This document shows positions 28,618 to 38,039 of a DNA stretch of 64,000 bases, one piece after another; position 1 is the stretch's first letter, and the number at the start of each line of letters is the position of its first letter. The DNA comes from Armatimonadota bacterium. Its GTDB lineage: Bacteria; Armatimonadota; Fervidibacteria; Fervidibacterales; Fervidibacteraceae. Position numbers and translations under genes: made by a program. Below the pieces are notes generated by a model that saw only the letters and a program-made list of their open reading frames with translations, did no database searches and had not been told where the DNA came from. Location: NCBI GenBank assembly GCA_025057575.1, contig JANXBO010000009.1, positions 1,699 to 65,698 on the forward strand, read 5' to 3'.

Positions 28618-29778
28618 TCATCGGATACTAATCCGGACCTCAGCAAAAAAAGTCAATGCATCCGCAGGGTCCGGATGGGAAAGACCCAGACGAATCCCTG
28701 TCCCGCCCGCCTCGTAGCCGGCAAAGAGGGTGGGATAAGGAAACTGGAAGGCAAGAAGCCATCGGTTATTGCGATGACTTTTGCCGATGAGACCGATGTT
28801 CCAAAGACTGGCGCCCGATCGTTTTGAGAAAATGGCGCCGATCGTCAGGTTGTGGCGATAGTAGGCAACCCCCAGATGAACTTGTCGCTCCAAGTGTCGC
28901 GTCTCTGAGAGGACTGATTCGGTGCCCACAAGGAACGGGAGATCGCGAATGAAACCTTCTGGATCTTTGGCGAAGGCACCCGTGTCCACAGCGGCTGTGA
29001 GCCTGCGCACTCGTCTCCAGCGAATCTGACTCCAAAGGTTCTCGGCGACAATGAGACCCGTCCATTGGGGAGAAATCGGATGGCGGACCCCGGCATCCAA
29101 TGTGAGCCCTTTGCCGGCAGGAGCCTTCAGTCGGACGCCCCGGGACGATACGAAATCAATCTGACCTCTCAAAATCCCGTTAGCCAAAAAACCCGCAGCC
29201 TGACCGTCGCGAAACTTCAAACAGCGGACATAGCGAAGACCCGCCCAAAACGCTCCCCTTCTTCCTTTGGAGACATACTCTTCGGTGTAAGAAACGCCAA
29301 ACCAGTTCCAGTGTCCTTTCCTTTCCCTTACCGAGACCCGGTAAAAAGGCTTCAGGTTCTTTGACCGAGCGTCCAGCCAGGCTTGCGCTGTTGCTTTCGT
29401 TCCCCAGATTCTCTCCGCTCGTCCCTCGGCATAAAACAGAGACCAGCGGGAAGACCGTGCTTCATACCAAGTCAGCCGTTCTCCCTGATAGGAAGGAGAA
29501 TCGGTAGTGACTTCTAAGGGTTCTAAGGGACCTTCCCCTTTTTGAAGCGATAGGACGTTGTTGAACCACTGATAGCGGCGCCCGAAGGAAATCTTGTTTC
29601 CTTCAGGGCAGGGTAGCGCGTCCAGGCAAAACAGATAGTTCGTTGCCCCACTGAGCGATGGTATGGGAAGCGACTGGCAGAACACCGCCGTCGAAGCGAT
29701 CCACACGACCAAACAAAGAGTGACGACCGTTACGGCATACCGGGCTGTCCCCTGAATTGATAAACTCATTCCCACCAA
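28618..29778 (-). CDS. Hypothetical secreted protein, putative outer-membrane beta-barrel
   Basis: 386 aa with an N-terminal hydrophobic signal-like segment (VTVVTLCLVVWIASTAVFCQ). Aromatic/Arg-rich alternating short strands run throughout (e.g. HLGVAYYRHNLTIGAIF, WLLAFQF, GIRLGLS, FFAEVRISI). No recognisable family motif. Confidence 0.5.
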   Translation of the reverse strand: MVGMSLSIQGTARYAVTVVTLCLVVWIASTAVFCQSLPIPSLSGATNYLFCLDALPCPEGNKISFGRRYQWFNNVLSLQKGEGPLEPLEVTTDSPSYQGERLTWYEARSSRWSLFYAEGRAERIWGTKATAQAWLDARSKNLKPFYRVSVRERKGHWNWFGVSYTEEYVSKGRRGAFWAGLRYVRCLKFRDGQAAGFLANGILRGQIDFVSSRGVRLKAPAGKGLTLDAGVRHPISPQWTGLIVAENLWSQIRWRRVRRLTAAVDTGAFAKDPEGFIRDLPFLVGTESVLSETRHLERQVHLGVAYYRHNLTIGAIFSKRSGASLWNIGLIGKSHRNNRWLLAFQFPYPTLFAGYEAGGTGIRLGLSHPDPADALTFFAEVRISIR

Positions 29779-29925
29779 CTATGTCCCTTGTTCACAGCAA
29801 AGGAATTAAGTGCCGAGGACAGCATAATGGTCTTTTGCCAGGCGCAGAGACTCTTTCCTTCGTTAAGGAGCGGATCCCTTTGCATCCGTAAAGTTCTCTC
29901 TTAGCCGTTGTTCAGTGAACCTCGG

Positions 29926-29961
29926 AAACATAAAAGGGAGGCACGGAAGTCCGTGCCTCCC
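29926..29961 (-). terminator. Rho-independent terminator after the 711-aa lipoprotein gene
   Basis: Minus-strand read: GGGAGGCACGG-ACTT-CCGTGCCTCCC (11-bp perfect GC-rich stem, 4-nt loop) followed by TTTTATGTTT. Confidence 0.7.
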
Positions 29962-30098
29962 TTGGACGCAGTCTTGTCGCAAGGTGATGGGTCGGGTTTC
30001 GGTTCAGCCTCGTTAGATAACCTTCATAGCACTACCGGCAGTCACCGCAACCTCAGGGGACCAAACGAGATGTCCTCTCATAAATTTGCTAACGTTTT

Positions 30099-32225
30099 TC
30101 ATCTGGGCTGTAAGGGGATGGTTCCCGCATCCACTGTCCCCCGGACAGGCACAGTGACCTCTACTTGCCTCAGCCTGTAGTTGGGGTGGTCAATACTGAG
30201 AGTCTGACGTCCCGCCAGTGCCCTAACTTCAAAGAAACCTTGCCGGTCAGTTATGGCTCCTTCCAGACCGCTCCATACCCAGGCGCCCGGAACGGGGTTG
30301 TTGGTGGTGGCATCAACGACGCGACCGCGAACGGTGCCCGTAAGGGGATGTGGGCTGAAAGAGGTATCGGTCGGGAACAGGGATTCTATAGTCCCGTCGT
30401 TGTATTTGACCAGAACGACTCCCAGGTCTGGATCGTGTTCCACCCGAGCCAGTTCGGTGACCCCGTCGCGGGCTTTGATGAATCCTTTCACAGCGGTTTC
30501 TAACTGAGATCTGGACGATTCAACGATGAGACCTGCCTCGTTGGTCAGCCGAAGGGTCCAGTTATCAACTTTCAAGTGCCCAGGCTCTGGAAGCACCCAG
30601 GTTCCCGTCAGAGGTCCCCTCAAGAATCGGTCACCCCTGCTGATGTCAATGTCTACAGTGAAGGTCGGTGGGCTGGCGGAGGTCATTCTAAGAGAGACAT
30701 TGAAGATGGGTCGGTTGGGGACTGCCCAGCGTCCCCGGACGGTGGCGGTTCCTCTGGGGATCTGGCGGATCGGCTCTCGTTGCGGGTTCTCCCAGTTGAA
30801 GGAGATCTCTCCCGAAAAAGCCAGGTTCAGAGACTCGTAGCCACCGGTAAAGGAACCGCTTTTCACCAAAGGTCCTTTCGTCGCTGTCTGACGATCAATC
30901 TGAAACTCGGCTGTTAGGTTACCGGTAAACTTTTTGGGCTTGGCGACTCCCCGCTCCTCGTAACGAAGATTCGTGATTTGGGCGCGGGTGATGAAATTAC
31001 TCCAGTCCTCTACCTCGCCAGCGGGAGGAGTGGCGAACTGGGCAGTTGCCTGACTGATTTCCAAGACGAGTTTGGACGACTCAATCTTGCCGGTGAAAGT
31101 GAGAGAGGAGTAGCGCTTCTGCTCCGGAGCGCCGGCGGGCGTTCCTGAGGCGGTTCCAGTTACAGTGATGGGGATGGGGAGGAATTTATCCCGGAAACTC
31201 CCAGCGACCGTTATCTGCGTCACTCTTTTCTGAGCATCCTGCTGAACGGAGACAGAGCCTTGGTAACGAAGTTGCGGCTCAATAGCGGAGACGACCTCAA
31301 AGGAGCCTTCGTTTGCCTCCAGGTTGTTGTCCCTGGGAACCAACCGGAAGGTCAGGACCATACCTCTGAGGAGGGCGTCCCCTTCCGGAAATTCAACGAC
31401 CCAGGTGTTAGGCGCCGTATCCCCGATTCGTCGCAGGCGAATCCACCACCAGGGTCCTGTAGGCTCTCGCAACTCGGCACGATAGCGACCCGCCGGAAGG
31501 GAAGTCAGTGATTCAAATTCCTCTTCAGGCGCGCCCGTTTGCGCCTCGTGCTCTTCGGTCAGAATCATCGTTAGGAAGTCCAGCCGCTGCATCGCAAGCG
31601 CATAGGTCGGAATCAGGTCAGCAGACCAGACGAGGGTTTCGTCAATCAGTTCCGTCGCCACCGTCTCCACAAGGGTGATGCCGGAGTCTCTGAGTTCCTG
31701 AACAAGGGCTCTTGCCGCCGCAGCCCCTCCCTGTTCAACTCGGGTCAGTGTGATGACCACGTCTTTAACAGCATTAGGCTCCACGACGGTAGATGCAAAG
31801 CCAAAAGCCAGCGCTGGACCACCTGCCTGTGCTCGGGCAGTCGCTGAGATACCTTTCTGCCCGACGGGCAGGTTATCAATTCGGGCGGTGCTTTGTGGCT
31901 GATTCGCCGGTCGGTCCACGGAAAGGCGTCTGGGCTGAGGCATCCCCTCGCCGGTGACCTCTACATCAATCAGCCGGGTCTCCGGTGGGATTTCTCGGTT
32001 ACCTGTGACGGGCCAAATGATATGCAGAACAAGAGATCCGGTCGGTCCTGTATAGTCTGGAAACAGATCAGATCCCGCCGATGGGCGGGCTTTTCTCGTC
32101 CCACCCCCACAGCCAACAGCCACAAGGACTGCCAGAATGCCCAACGCCCCAATCAGACAGCATCGTTTCAACACTCTTTTCACCTCCCTAACACTTGTGG
32201 AGACTGCGTCGTTTCTCTCGGGCAT
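30099..32225 (-). CDS. Large hypothetical lipoprotein with a C-terminal CarboxypepD_reg-like domain
   Basis: About 708 aa. Signal peptide with a lipobox-like 'LVAVGC'. The C-terminal 'GTVRGRVVDATTNNPVPGAWVW...ITDRQGFFEVRALAGRQTLSIDHPNY' resembles a carboxypeptidase-regulatory fold. The other ~600 aa have no recognisable motif. The ATG at 32225 has a GGGGGTGA SD; the ORF-track GTG at 32234 is an alternative. Confidence 0.7.
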   Translation of the reverse strand: MPERNDAVSTSVREVKRVLKRCCLIGALGILAVLVAVGCGGGTRKARPSAGSDLFPDYTGPTGSLVLHIIWPVTGNREIPPETRLIDVEVTGEGMPQPRRLSVDRPANQPQSTARIDNLPVGQKGISATARAQAGGPALAFGFASTVVEPNAVKDVVITLTRVEQGGAAAARALVQELRDSGITLVETVATELIDETLVWSADLIPTYALAMQRLDFLTMILTEEHEAQTGAPEEEFESLTSLPAGRYRAELREPTGPWWWIRLRRIGDTAPNTWVVEFPEGDALLRGMVLTFRLVPRDNNLEANEGSFEVVSAIEPQLRYQGSVSVQQDAQKRVTQITVAGSFRDKFLPIPITVTGTASGTPAGAPEQKRYSSLTFTGKIESSKLVLEISQATAQFATPPAGEVEDWSNFITRAQITNLRYEERGVAKPKKFTGNLTAEFQIDRQTATKGPLVKSGSFTGGYESLNLAFSGEISFNWENPQREPIRQIPRGTATVRGRWAVPNRPIFNVSLRMTSASPPTFTVDIDISRGDRFLRGPLTGTWVLPEPGHLKVDNWTLRLTNEAGLIVESSRSQLETAVKGFIKARDGVTELARVEHDPDLGVVLVKYNDGTIESLFPTDTSFSPHPLTGTVRGRVVDATTNNPVPGAWVWSGLEGAITDRQGFFEVRALAGRQTLSIDHPNYRLRQVEVTVPVRGTVDAGTIPLQPR

Positions 32226-32242
32226 TCCTCTCACCCCCTGGG

Positions 32243-33838
32243 TTAGCGAATGATGGCATTGATGCCACCGTAAGCGCGAACCGTTATTTCCGTTGTCCCC
32301 GTTATCGGTGGATCCGTCGCCGCCGTTGCCTCCACTCGGATAGTCATCCCACCTGCCGGTCCAGCCGTCACCGTTACGGTCGCCTGACCGTTGGCATCGG
32401 TCGTCGCCGAATCAGGCGAAACCGAACTGCCCCCATTGCTGACCCGGAAGGACAAGCGGACCTCTCGCATCGGACGATCGTTTTCGTTGATGAGGGTAGC
32501 CGTCACCGGGGTCTGACCCCCTCCGTCCAGAATGGGCCAGCGAGCCGAAAGATAAAGCCGTTTCGGTCGGGGACCTCGGATAGTAATTTTGTTACCGAGG
32601 ATGTCCCCTTGGTCGTAGACATTGTTTTGGTTCACATCTATGACCGGATCGTAATCGCCCGGAGTCAAAGGCGGTGCCCAGACGACATAAAGGTATTGAT
32701 TGAGGCAGGCGAAGCGAACCAGATCCCATTCGGGACGACCCGTGACGTCTATGAGGGCGTCCCCTTCCCGCCAGTTCTCCTTGTGAAGGCAAATGAATTT
32801 CTTGACCATCGCAAAGGGTCTTATGGGACGCCAGGGGGGATTGACCCAGATGGTCAGAGCCTCGTCCGTTGTGAATTCCGTCCGATACCGCCCCGCTTGA
32901 TCAGACGCTAAAGGGATCCGCTGACCGAACTGATAAGTGACTGCTTGAATCGTGAACCCCGTTGTGAGGTCTGCATCCACGGCGTCGCGACCGGGTGTAA
33001 AGCGGTTGTCAAAGTTACCATTCTCATCCGCCACGTCAGCGACCAAGTCAAAGTCACGGGTTCGGTCAGCAAGAACGATTGCCCGATCCCACACCTGGAC
33101 GGGGACCGAAATAGTCCCTCCCGGATTGGTAACGACTTCCTCAACAGAGCCGGTCACATCTTCCAGAGGGTCGCCGCTGGTCCAGCCCCTTTCGTCTCGG
33201 ACCACATAAAGGCGAACCCTCCTGTTGGGAGGAAAGTTGATGCCGTGAGCGAAGACGGGATCGCCCTCCAGGATCGTGCCCATAGCAAACCGCCCAGCGT
33301 TGTCCCGCAAGACCCAGATGGTCGGGCGGCTTTCCTGGCGGGAGCGGGAACGCGCCAGCAAGGGAAGGACCAGATTAACCCCTTGCCCTACAACGCGAAG
33401 GATGTAGTTACCTTCTGCCGCCGTCGGCACTCCCGTTTGCGGATCCACTCCAAGGTCGTAAGCAATGGCGGCAGCGTCCACGGTGCCGTCGGCATCGGCG
33501 GTGGCTAAGATCGGCTGAGGATTCCCAGCAGCGTCGCGATAGACAGGTCGTCCATCCCTCAGAAGCATCAACTCAACGGGCAGGTTCCGCAACAAGCCGG
33601 TAATGGTCGCCAAAATGGTCGGGCGAGTTTCCACAGCAATTTCCGTTATGCGATTTCCCGACGCATCAGTAAGCGACCCGGCTGGTGTGGGTCCTGGTCC
33701 GGGTCCCGGTCCGGGTCCTGGTCCGGGCACCGGTTTTTTGCCGTCTCCAGGGCAACCTGCCAAGAAAAGGGTTAAAGCGAGGATGAGAGAGACTCTAAGC
33801 AAGCGGTAGCACACCCTCCGAAAGACCCTGCCGTCCAT
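32243..33838 (-). CDS. Large hypothetical lipoprotein with a (Gly-Pro)n linker and a C-terminal Big_1-like Ig domain
   Basis: 531 aa with a perfect lipobox 'LFLAGC' and a 'PGPGPGPGPGPGP' linker. The C-terminal 'VTATLINENDRPMREVRLSFRVSNGG...SATTDANGQATVTVTAGPAGGMTIRVEATA' resembles the invasin/intimin Big_1 domain. Confidence 0.7.
   Translation of the reverse strand: MDGRVFRRVCYRLLRVSLILALTLFLAGCPGDGKKPVPGPGPGPGPGPGPTPAGSLTDASGNRITEIAVETRPTILATITGLLRNLPVELMLLRDGRPVYRDAAGNPQPILATADADGTVDAAAIAYDLGVDPQTGVPTAAEGNYILRVVGQGVNLVLPLLARSRSRQESRPTIWVLRDNAGRFAMGTILEGDPVFAHGINFPPNRRVRLYVVRDERGWTSGDPLEDVTGSVEEVVTNPGGTISVPVQVWDRAIVLADRTRDFDLVADVADENGNFDNRFTPGRDAVDADLTTGFTIQAVTYQFGQRIPLASDQAGRYRTEFTTDEALTIWVNPPWRPIRPFAMVKKFICLHKENWREGDALIDVTGRPEWDLVRFACLNQYLYVVWAPPLTPGDYDPVIDVNQNNVYDQGDILGNKITIRGPRPKRLYLSARWPILDGGGQTPVTATLINENDRPMREVRLSFRVSNGGSSVSPDSATTDANGQATVTVTAGPAGGMTIRVEATAATDPPITGTTEITVRAYGGINAIIR
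33689..33727 (-). repeat. Hexanucleotide (GGTCCN)n microsatellite encoding the (Gly-Pro) linker
   Basis: Direct read of 6-7 tandem GGTCC[T/G/C] units inside the 531-aa lipoprotein gene. Confidence 0.8.
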
Positions 33839-34064
33839 CTCGTCACCCCCTGAGAACTTGATTGTGCCGGAATCCTATCTGCACCAACGCCCGGTATGGT
33901 AAGTGCTAACGCTCCGAGAGACCCACTCCATTACAGTTCGTCATTTTTTCGCCATTAGAGCAGGTGGGTCTGTAGGGCTTTCCCCGTGTGACTTAGATGG
34001 GAGATACGCTACTGACATCTTGGTCGGTTTACGAACGGTTCCAGAGGAAAGGGTCTTTCACCAA

Positions 34065-34088
34065 GAAGTGTTTTCGGAAGTGTTTTCG
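34065..34088. repeat. Perfect 12-bp tandem direct repeat (GAAGTGTTTTCG x2) in a 360-bp non-coding region
   Basis: Direct read at 34065-34076 and 34077-34088. Lies upstream of the lipoprotein operon and downstream of the MFS gene. Confidence 0.8.
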
Positions 34089-34198
34089 GTGGTCTGACAC
34101 CCGAGAGGCACTGAATAAGCAAGCATTGGTCCCTTCGCTGAAATGCTGCCTGAGCAACCAGTCCAAGTTGCCCGCAAAAAAAGGCAGCCGGTCTTCTA

Positions 34199-35515
34199 TC
34201 AGAAAGTGGCGAAAGCAGGAGTCAACCGACGCGATGTTAATACAGAAAAGAGGGCACCAACGAAGGCTATGGCAAAGAGGACAGTGTGGGGGGCGAACTG
34301 GAGAAGGAGACCACCCAACACCGGCAACAGCATCATTCCGCTTTCGCTGGCGCTGCTAAGTGCCAAGTAGGTGGGTCGGTGGGCATCTTCTGCTAATTCA
34401 AGGACATAGTTGGTGAAAGAGATAGCGATTCCCGTTCCCGAAAAGGCTAAAAAGAAGTAAGTAACGCAGAAAAGGACGGCAACGGCTGACCCGAAAAAAG
34501 GAGCCGCAACGGCGACCAAAAGAGCCCATCCCGATGGCAAGAGAGCCAGTTTGATGGAGAGTTTGAGGACAAACAGATTGCTCTTTGCATCGGCGAGAAA
34601 ACTCCACAGGACATTGGCTATGAGCGCCCCAATCGTCTCGGCTATAACGAAAGTCCCCAAGAGAAAGGGCGGAGCACCCAGGGTCTGAATGGCAAAGGTG
34701 CTATAAAAGGGGAGGGCAATGAGACCGATGTCTAAAAGGAGCCTTACAAAGATGAGTTGACGAAAATCAGGACGCTGACTCCACAGTTCTCTCATCGCCT
34801 CCAATTGCTCCCTAACCCCTCTTGGTCTGGGGGTCCAGAGGGGTTCAGGCTCGTCAATGGAGATGAAGGTCAGCCAAGCGATAGCAAAGCAGAGAAACGA
34901 ACAACCCATTAAGAAGGCATAGTCGTAGGGGAAAGCCAATAACCGGTTGCCTTTTAGAACGACGGTGATGAGACCGCCGGCAGCAATGCCAAGGACGGAG
35001 CCGAGGAACATTCGGGCGCCCCAATAAATGCCTCTCCTGCGAAAGGGAACGGTTCTGGCGAAGATGTCCATAAAAGCCAGCGACCCGATCCCGCCACTAA
35101 CGGTAAAAAGACCGTAACTGGCAAGAAAGCAGATGGCAGCAGCGATCGGCGATCTGGGTGCTAAGTAGACGACGCACGCCATCATCAGGAGCCATCCGAT
35201 CGCCCGCCAGAAAGCCATATGGGCGTAAAGAGGTAACTTCCTGCGAAGACCTTCTACATAGCCGGCGACAAACATTGGGGGCAGAAACCAGCCGATGCCG
35301 GCAACTGCTGTCAACAGCCCAGCGAATATCTCCGAACCGGTCAACTTGGTGAGAAAAACGGCTAAGACGGTGGACGGATGAGTGAAGGTAATGCCAACTT
35401 TGAAGAGGATCCCGTTAAGGACACCGAGCCAGAAATTTTTCGTCCAGTGGCGCCACTGGGGGGCGGCGACCAATTCCGTTCTTTGATCATCACCATCCAT
35501 TCTGATCGAACCCAT
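34199..35515 (-). CDS. MFS transporter
   Basis: 438 aa with about 12 hydrophobic helices in a 6+6 arrangement and a central loop (PRPRGVREQLEAMRELW). Confidence 0.75.
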   Translation of the reverse strand: MGSIRMDGDDQRTELVAAPQWRHWTKNFWLGVLNGILFKVGITFTHPSTVLAVFLTKLTGSEIFAGLLTAVAGIGWFLPPMFVAGYVEGLRRKLPLYAHMAFWRAIGWLLMMACVVYLAPRSPIAAAICFLASYGLFTVSGGIGSLAFMDIFARTVPFRRRGIYWGARMFLGSVLGIAAGGLITVVLKGNRLLAFPYDYAFLMGCSFLCFAIAWLTFISIDEPEPLWTPRPRGVREQLEAMRELWSQRPDFRQLIFVRLLLDIGLIALPFYSTFAIQTLGAPPFLLGTFVIAETIGALIANVLWSFLADAKSNLFVLKLSIKLALLPSGWALLVAVAAPFFGSAVAVLFCVTYFFLAFSGTGIAISFTNYVLELAEDAHRPTYLALSSASESGMMLLPVLGGLLLQFAPHTVLFAIAFVGALFSVLTSRRLTPAFATF

Positions 35516-35619
35516 TCGGTGATGACAAAGGAACTACCCTTTCTCTTTGGACAAATCTTCCTTCAAGAAGTTTTGACTCACAGGAAAGCATACTTTTTTT
35601 GGAATTGCCGTTCAGCAAG

Positions 35620-36111
35620 TTACAGTTCGGTGAACTTGACTTCCATCGTCTCCACATCCCAAAGAGCGATAGAGCACCGACCTGTTAGCCAGCCACACAC
35701 CTCCCCCGGGTTGACAACGATGCAGCCATTGGGAAGGCGCCGGAGGTCCGTCTGGTGGGTGTGACCGTAGAGGACCAGTTGATAAAGACCACTTTGAGAG
35801 AGCGCTTCCACCCATTCGCCTTCGTGAACGATGACCACTTTCTTTTCGCCGATAGTAACGATCGCCGGCTGGACCGTCACACGGGCACCGAAGGATTCCA
35901 GGCGGGCCTTCAGACCCAACTTTTCTCCGTCGTTATTACCGAAAACACCGATGAGAGGGCATTGGAGTTTCTCAAGGACCTTGCCGACGAAGGGGGCAAC
36001 GAAGTCACCGGCGTGGAGGGTGTAGTCTGCTTTCCAGTCATTAATGAGCGCAACGGCTTTCTCCAATGTGTCCAGCCGATCGTGGGTATCCGCCATCAAA
36101 GCGACCCGCAT
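35620..36111 (-). CDS. YfcE/MJ0936-family metallophosphoesterase
   Basis: Contains 'MRVALMADTHD', 'HAGDF', 'GNND' and 'GHTH'. The ATG at 36111 has an AGAGGTGA SD. Confidence 0.8.
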   Translation of the reverse strand: MRVALMADTHDRLDTLEKAVALINDWKADYTLHAGDFVAPFVGKVLEKLQCPLIGVFGNNDGEKLGLKARLESFGARVTVQPAIVTIGEKKVVIVHEGEWVEALSQSGLYQLVLYGHTHQTDLRRLPNGCIVVNPGEVCGWLTGRCSIALWDVETMEVKFTEL

Positions 36112-36138
36112 TGTCTCACCTCTTTTCACCCTGATTTT

Positions 36139-37347
36139 TTATTGCCGCCAACTCGGTATTATCCGTCGGGCAATCCACTGAACGATAGCCATCACGATCA
36201 GAGCGGCAATGGAAACGAAGAAAAAGCGAATGATTTGAGCCCGAAGGGAAAAATGGACCGTTCGGGAGGCTAAAAGACCAATTCTCTGCTCGGGCAGACC
36301 AGGGACAGAAAGGCTGGCGATGCCAACGGTTTGCCCCTGGTAAATAGGGGGTCGGAGGCGGAACGGGTAAACGAGCCAACGAATGCGGTTGGCGTCTTTT
36401 CGGGAAACGACAGTTTCCACCCCTTCCGAGGCGATCGCCACTAAATGCCCATCACCATCGCCTTCAGGGATGGGAATGCGCAAAAGAGGTGTCCCCGCTT
36501 CTGCCAAGCGGATTCGTATAAAATTGCGGTAACCAAAGTCCAGCAGTCGTTGCGCATCGCCATAATGGTCCTTGCTGTTGAGGATAACGGCAATCAGGCG
36601 CCAGCCGTCTCGGGTCGCTGAGGCAATCAGGCAAGGTCCCGAAGCGTTGGTGAAACCCGTCTTGACGCCATCGCTATAGGGGTAGCGCCAGAGAAGTTTG
36701 TTGTGGTTCTTCAGGATGCGGGGCGGACTAAGGTTGGTCGCTGCGATGTGCCGCTCCTTGGTAGCGATCAGTTCCCGGAGTTCTTGGTAGAAAAACGCAT
36801 GCCGGGCAAGGCGCAGCAGATCGCGAGCAGTGGTGAAGTGACGGGGATCGTGAAGACCGTGGGGATTGGTGAAACGGGTTCGGATCATTCCCAGGGTCCA
36901 TGCTCGCTGATTCATCATCCGAACAAATCCGGGCACCGACCCGCCAACGTGCTGGGCGATCACGACAGCAGCGTCGTTAGCCGACTGAAGGAGCAGCGCC
37001 GCCACTAAGTCATACAGCCGCAGTCGCTCTTTAGGCTTTAGACCTAAGGAAGCGCCCCCAGGAGAGCGAAAGTCTGAGGGGACGGTCACCAACTCATTGG
37101 GATGTCTGTGTTCAATCGCCAACAAAGCGGTCATTAACTTGGTGAGACTGGCTGGGTAGCAGACATCCGTTGGATTTTTCTCCCAAAGGACCCGACCCGA
37201 CTCGCCATCCGCAAGGAGTGCCGAGTGGGCTTGGATGACCGGCTCCTGGCAGCAAGAGACGCTGACAGCGCTAATCGTTAGGATCAGAAGGAGAACCCGA
37301 TGCTTTTTGTCGCTGACCCCTTCCATCCCGCTCAAAAAAGTAACCAA
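36139..37347 (-). CDS. D-alanyl-D-alanine carboxypeptidase (peptidase S11, PBP5-like)
   Basis: Signal/TM segment, 'ASLTKLMT' (SxxK), 'SAND' (SxN) and 'KTGFT' (KTG), with a C-terminal TM anchor. Confidence 0.85.
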   Translation of the reverse strand: MVTFLSGMEGVSDKKHRVLLLILTISAVSVSCCQEPVIQAHSALLADGESGRVLWEKNPTDVCYPASLTKLMTALLAIEHRHPNELVTVPSDFRSPGGASLGLKPKERLRLYDLVAALLLQSANDAAVVIAQHVGGSVPGFVRMMNQRAWTLGMIRTRFTNPHGLHDPRHFTTARDLLRLARHAFFYQELRELIATKERHIAATNLSPPRILKNHNKLLWRYPYSDGVKTGFTNASGPCLIASATRDGWRLIAVILNSKDHYGDAQRLLDFGYRNFIRIRLAEAGTPLLRIPIPEGDGDGHLVAIASEGVETVVSRKDANRIRWLVYPFRLRPPIYQGQTVGIASLSVPGLPEQRIGLLASRTVHFSLRAQIIRFFFVSIAALIVMAIVQWIARRIIPSWRQ

Positions 37348-37358
37348 AAAGTCCTCTT

Positions 37359-38036
37359 CTAATTTTTCTGCCCGTCAAAAGGACCGGATGGGCTCACCGT
37401 CTCCTGTTGAGCGTCCCCGCCCTCTTCTTTTAGCCTCTGGGAAAGGATGTCAGCCGCTCGTTCCTGCCACTCCGACAAGGGAGGTAAGTCGTTGATGGAG
37501 CGCAGCCCGAAAACTTCCAAAAACTTGGTCGTCGTCCCGAAAAGGCGCGCCCGACCCGCACCCGACCGATGCCCGACCACGCGAATGAGCCCGTATTCCA
37601 ACAGCGATTGGATGGCTCCCTCACTATCCACGCCTCTTAAGGCTTCTATCTCCGGTCTGCTGATGGGCTGATGATAGGTGATGATCGCCAGGACTTCCAA
37701 GGCGCTGCGGGACAGGCGCGCTTTGGGTGCCGGAAAGACTCGCCTCACATAGGGGGCGTATTCCGGTGCCGTTACCATTCGCCAGCCGCCAGCCACCTCC
37801 ACGATCAGCAGTCCACTCCGCTCCCGATACTCCTGAGCCAAACGGATGACCAAGCCCTCGGCTTTTTTTTCGCTGACCTGCAAAATGTCGCTCAATTCCT
37901 TGACGGTGAGCGGTCGGGGCGCAACGAACAGAACACATTCCAGCCCTCTTTTCAATTCCTCATAAGAGCCTTGGGACACCTCTTCTGTTATCTCTGTTGC
38001 TCGTCCGCTAAGCGACTCCACACCCTCTCCGTCCAT
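37359..38036 (-). CDS. scpB: Segregation and condensation protein B
   Basis: Tandem winged-helix blocks 'ECVLFVAPRPLTVKELSDIL' and 'ALEVLAIITYHQPISRPEIEALRGV'. Follows scpA. Confidence 0.88.
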   Translation of the reverse strand: MDGEGVESLSGRATEITEEVSQGSYEELKRGLECVLFVAPRPLTVKELSDILQVSEKKAEGLVIRLAQEYRERSGLLIVEVAGGWRMVTAPEYAPYVRRVFPAPKARLSRSALEVLAIITYHQPISRPEIEALRGVDSEGAIQSLLEYGLIRVVGHRSGAGRARLFGTTTKFLEVFGLRSINDLPPLSEWQERAADILSQRLKEEGGDAQQETVSPSGPFDGQKN

Positions 38037-38039
38037 TCG

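Noticed and set aside
29779-29925. Sigma-54 promoter (TGGCA...) upstream of the barrel gene
   Set aside because: A TGGCAA is present, but the GG-N10-GC spacing is not satisfied and no TTGC follows at the right distance.
33603-33809. 68-aa plus-strand ORF encoding its own PGPGPG tract
   Set aside because: It is the reverse-complement reading of the (GGTCCN)n microsatellite inside the well-supported minus-strand lipoprotein gene, so the symmetry produces an artefact.
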